A stretch of DNA of 64,000 nucleotides from Chrysemys picta bellii (taxonomy: Eukaryota), in assembly GCF_011386835.1 (NCBI RefSeq), contig NC_088792.1, positions 97,402,001 through 97,466,000 on the forward strand. The letters run 5' to 3'. Positions 61,811-64,000 of the stretch are shown piece after piece. The position numbers were made by a program, and so were the translations under genes. The notes below the pieces were generated by a model that saw only the letters and a program-made list of their open reading frames with translations, did not search any database and was not told the DNA's origin. Each line of letters begins with the position of its first letter. The stretch's first letter is position 1.

Positions 61811-63296
61811 CACCGTGTTCATTTAAAAGCCCAGTTTTCATCACTTAGTTCTGCACTGACTGGTATCTGGGATGTCACAGATATTCCACGTATATCTTTG
61901 TTACCACAAAGTGTCCATTTCCACAATATACAATCACAAGTCTACCCTGGGCTGCAAATGCTTCCTGACTTCAGGCTGCTTTTTGTCAGTTCACAGATGG
62001 ATGGTTTGCTATAACAACATGGTTGTGGCTATCAATGCAGGCAATGGTCCCATATGTTTCTCATACTAACATTCTTAGGGGGGTTTTGCCTTTCTCACAG
62101 ATGTATTGGTAAGTCTGCTGTTTGCTTAGGTTTGAATAATTGAGGTTGTACGGATAGTAAAGACCTTGATCATTTGCCCATTAGCATCAGTGCCAGGTAA
62201 ACCAATTTCTTTATTGGCTTTACAAAAGAGGGTGTTTATTGGTGTAGTTCTAAGATCCAGCAGGACTAGATGCATATCCTTATTAGCATATTTAGCGGGG
62301 TTATTTTTTTATTTCTGAATGGTTTTCTCAGTCCTCCCATTACTCTGTGAATATATTGGTGAACTGGGGGCTATTGTCAGTAATCTGAATCCCTGGTATT
62401 CTATGCCTTGCACACACTGTGATTCAGTATTGATAACCATCAACATTTTACAACTTGTTTATTAGTTTTGGCCTTCTCGTGGATTTTAGAGTAGGAATCA
62501 AGTAACATCAAATAGATTTCTAGGTCAAATTCTCTCTAGCCTTTCCCATAGTCTCTCTGGGATTTCATGAGCCCGATCAGCACTTTCACTTGAGTTCTTT
62601 GGAAGCTATTGTGTCTGTTAGCTAAGTATGTACAACAGGCCAAAACAAAAAATCTTTCTTGCCCTTTGCTAACATTTTTCAGTACATAGATGAGGACTGG
62701 GTTTTGTTGAACATTTTTACTCAGTTCTGCTGAAACAAGCAGACTTTTTCCTTCTAGCAATACATTGTCTTTTCGCTAATTCCTTCCTCAGATGGCCACC
62801 TTTGGGGATGTGACTGCTGGTTTCAGTTTATGCAAAATTAGGGGGAGGGCATATCTGTGGGGTTTGGTTTTTTTCTGATTTTGAGATAGAAATAGGAAAG
62901 TGCTCCACTTTCAGCTGGTGTTGGACTGTTTATTACCTATTAAGAGTATGACTAGTTCCTAACCCAAATTACATTCCACACTGAGATCACACATTCCGTT
63001 CTAAGTGATGCTATAGATAAAAGGATTTTTAAACAAACTTTCAAGAGATATGTGATGTATTTATATAAATTAAAAGTGTACATATAAATTAGTGAAACTT
63101 CAAACAACCAAGTACAGTTCTTCTTTTAAATATGGGTATAATATCTCTCTCTTGCTTAGGGATTGGGAAAGTGGTTTCAGTCTTGTAGGGAGATCTCGGT
63201 ATAGAAGCAACTGACTGCCCTTCCTGCATTAAGCATGCACATAGGCCTTTGAAAGAGATATACAGACAATGCAACTGGCTTAATTAAATCATAATA

Positions 63297-63485
63297 TACC
63301 TCTACCCCGATATAACGCGGCCCGATATAACACGAATTCAGATATAACGTGGTAAAGCAGTGCTTCCGAGGGGGCGGGGCTGCACATTCCGGTGGAGCAA
63401 AGCAAGTTCGATATAACGCGGTTTCACCTATAATGCGGTAAGATTTTTTGGCTCCCGAGGACAGCGTTATATCGAGGTAGAGGTA
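63297..63485. mobile_element. Tc1/mariner-type MITE
   Basis: TIR tacctctaccccgatataacgc / gcgttatatcgaggtagaggta with TA flanks (63295-63296, 63486-63487) and repeated internal gatataac motifs. Confidence 0.8.
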
Positions 63486-63861
63486 TAGTTGAAAATGGTG
63501 ATCAGCATTTGTAGTGGCTCAAATGTTTGTTTATTTGTGTCTTCCTTATGCTACACAATGTCACTTACACTTTCCAGTACTTTCATTAGGGCACAGGACT
63601 TGACTGTACAAAGTACTGAGCACTCTGATCTAATCCAACATTTGGCCTGATCCAACTTTAAGTAGTTGAATAATCCATTAAAGTCAATTGAGTAACTCAT
63701 GGTTATTCAGCTGGGCACATGCTTAAGTGCTTTGCTGGATTCAGCCAGACTGCTCAGGATTTTTCAAGCCCTTATTAGACATAGACCGATTTGGAATGAA
63801 TTTTGTCACATAATCCCCATATAGCTGTAGATCTAGGCTATGTTCTGGAGTGAACAGTCCA

Positions 63862-64000
63862 ACTCATAGACTCATAGACTCATAGATTCTAAGGTCAGAA
63901 GGGACCATTATGATCATCTAGTCTGACCTCCCGCATGATGCAGGCCACAAAAGCTGACCCACCCACTCCCGGAAGAATTCTCTCCCTTGACTCAGCTGTT
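63862..64000 (-). mobile_element. CR1 LINE 3' end running off the window
   Basis: An (actcatag)3 tail followed by attctaaggtcagaagggaccattatgatcatctagtctgacctcc. Confidence 0.85.

Overview
Vertebrate genomic DNA, most likely from a turtle. That assignment is inferred from the repeat repertoire: tRNA-derived SINEs with CR1 tails, CR1, LF-SINE, hAT/Harbinger/Tc1 MITEs, a DIRS1-like element and Penelope-like hairpins. The window holds one protein-coding gene, INHBA (inhibin/activin beta-A), on the minus strand. Its coding exons are 29307-28920 (388 bp) and 17644-16758 (887 bp), giving a 424-aa precursor with an RRRRR furin site and a 116-aa, 9-Cys mature chain. A probable non-coding first exon lies at ~32305-32207 with a TATA-like/CCAAT/variant-CRE promoter, there is a second proximal promoter candidate, and the AT-rich 3'UTR is long with three assembly gaps. 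The rest is intergenic or intronic DNA rich in transposon fossils. The most interesting non-gene signals are two TSD-flanked, near-perfect palindromes (39967-40139 and 47588-47773). They have the inverted-repeat-plus-tail layout of Penelope-like retroelements and contain minimal hammerhead-ribozyme motifs; the second is a spacerless 186-bp perfect palindrome that encodes the motif on both strands. Also notable are a decayed DIRS1-like tyrosine-recombinase retrotransposon with a SINE inserted at its RT catalytic motif, two CTCF-like sites, and repeated variant CRE sites around INHBA. All family names and cross-species comparisons come from recognition or recall, not from database searches.
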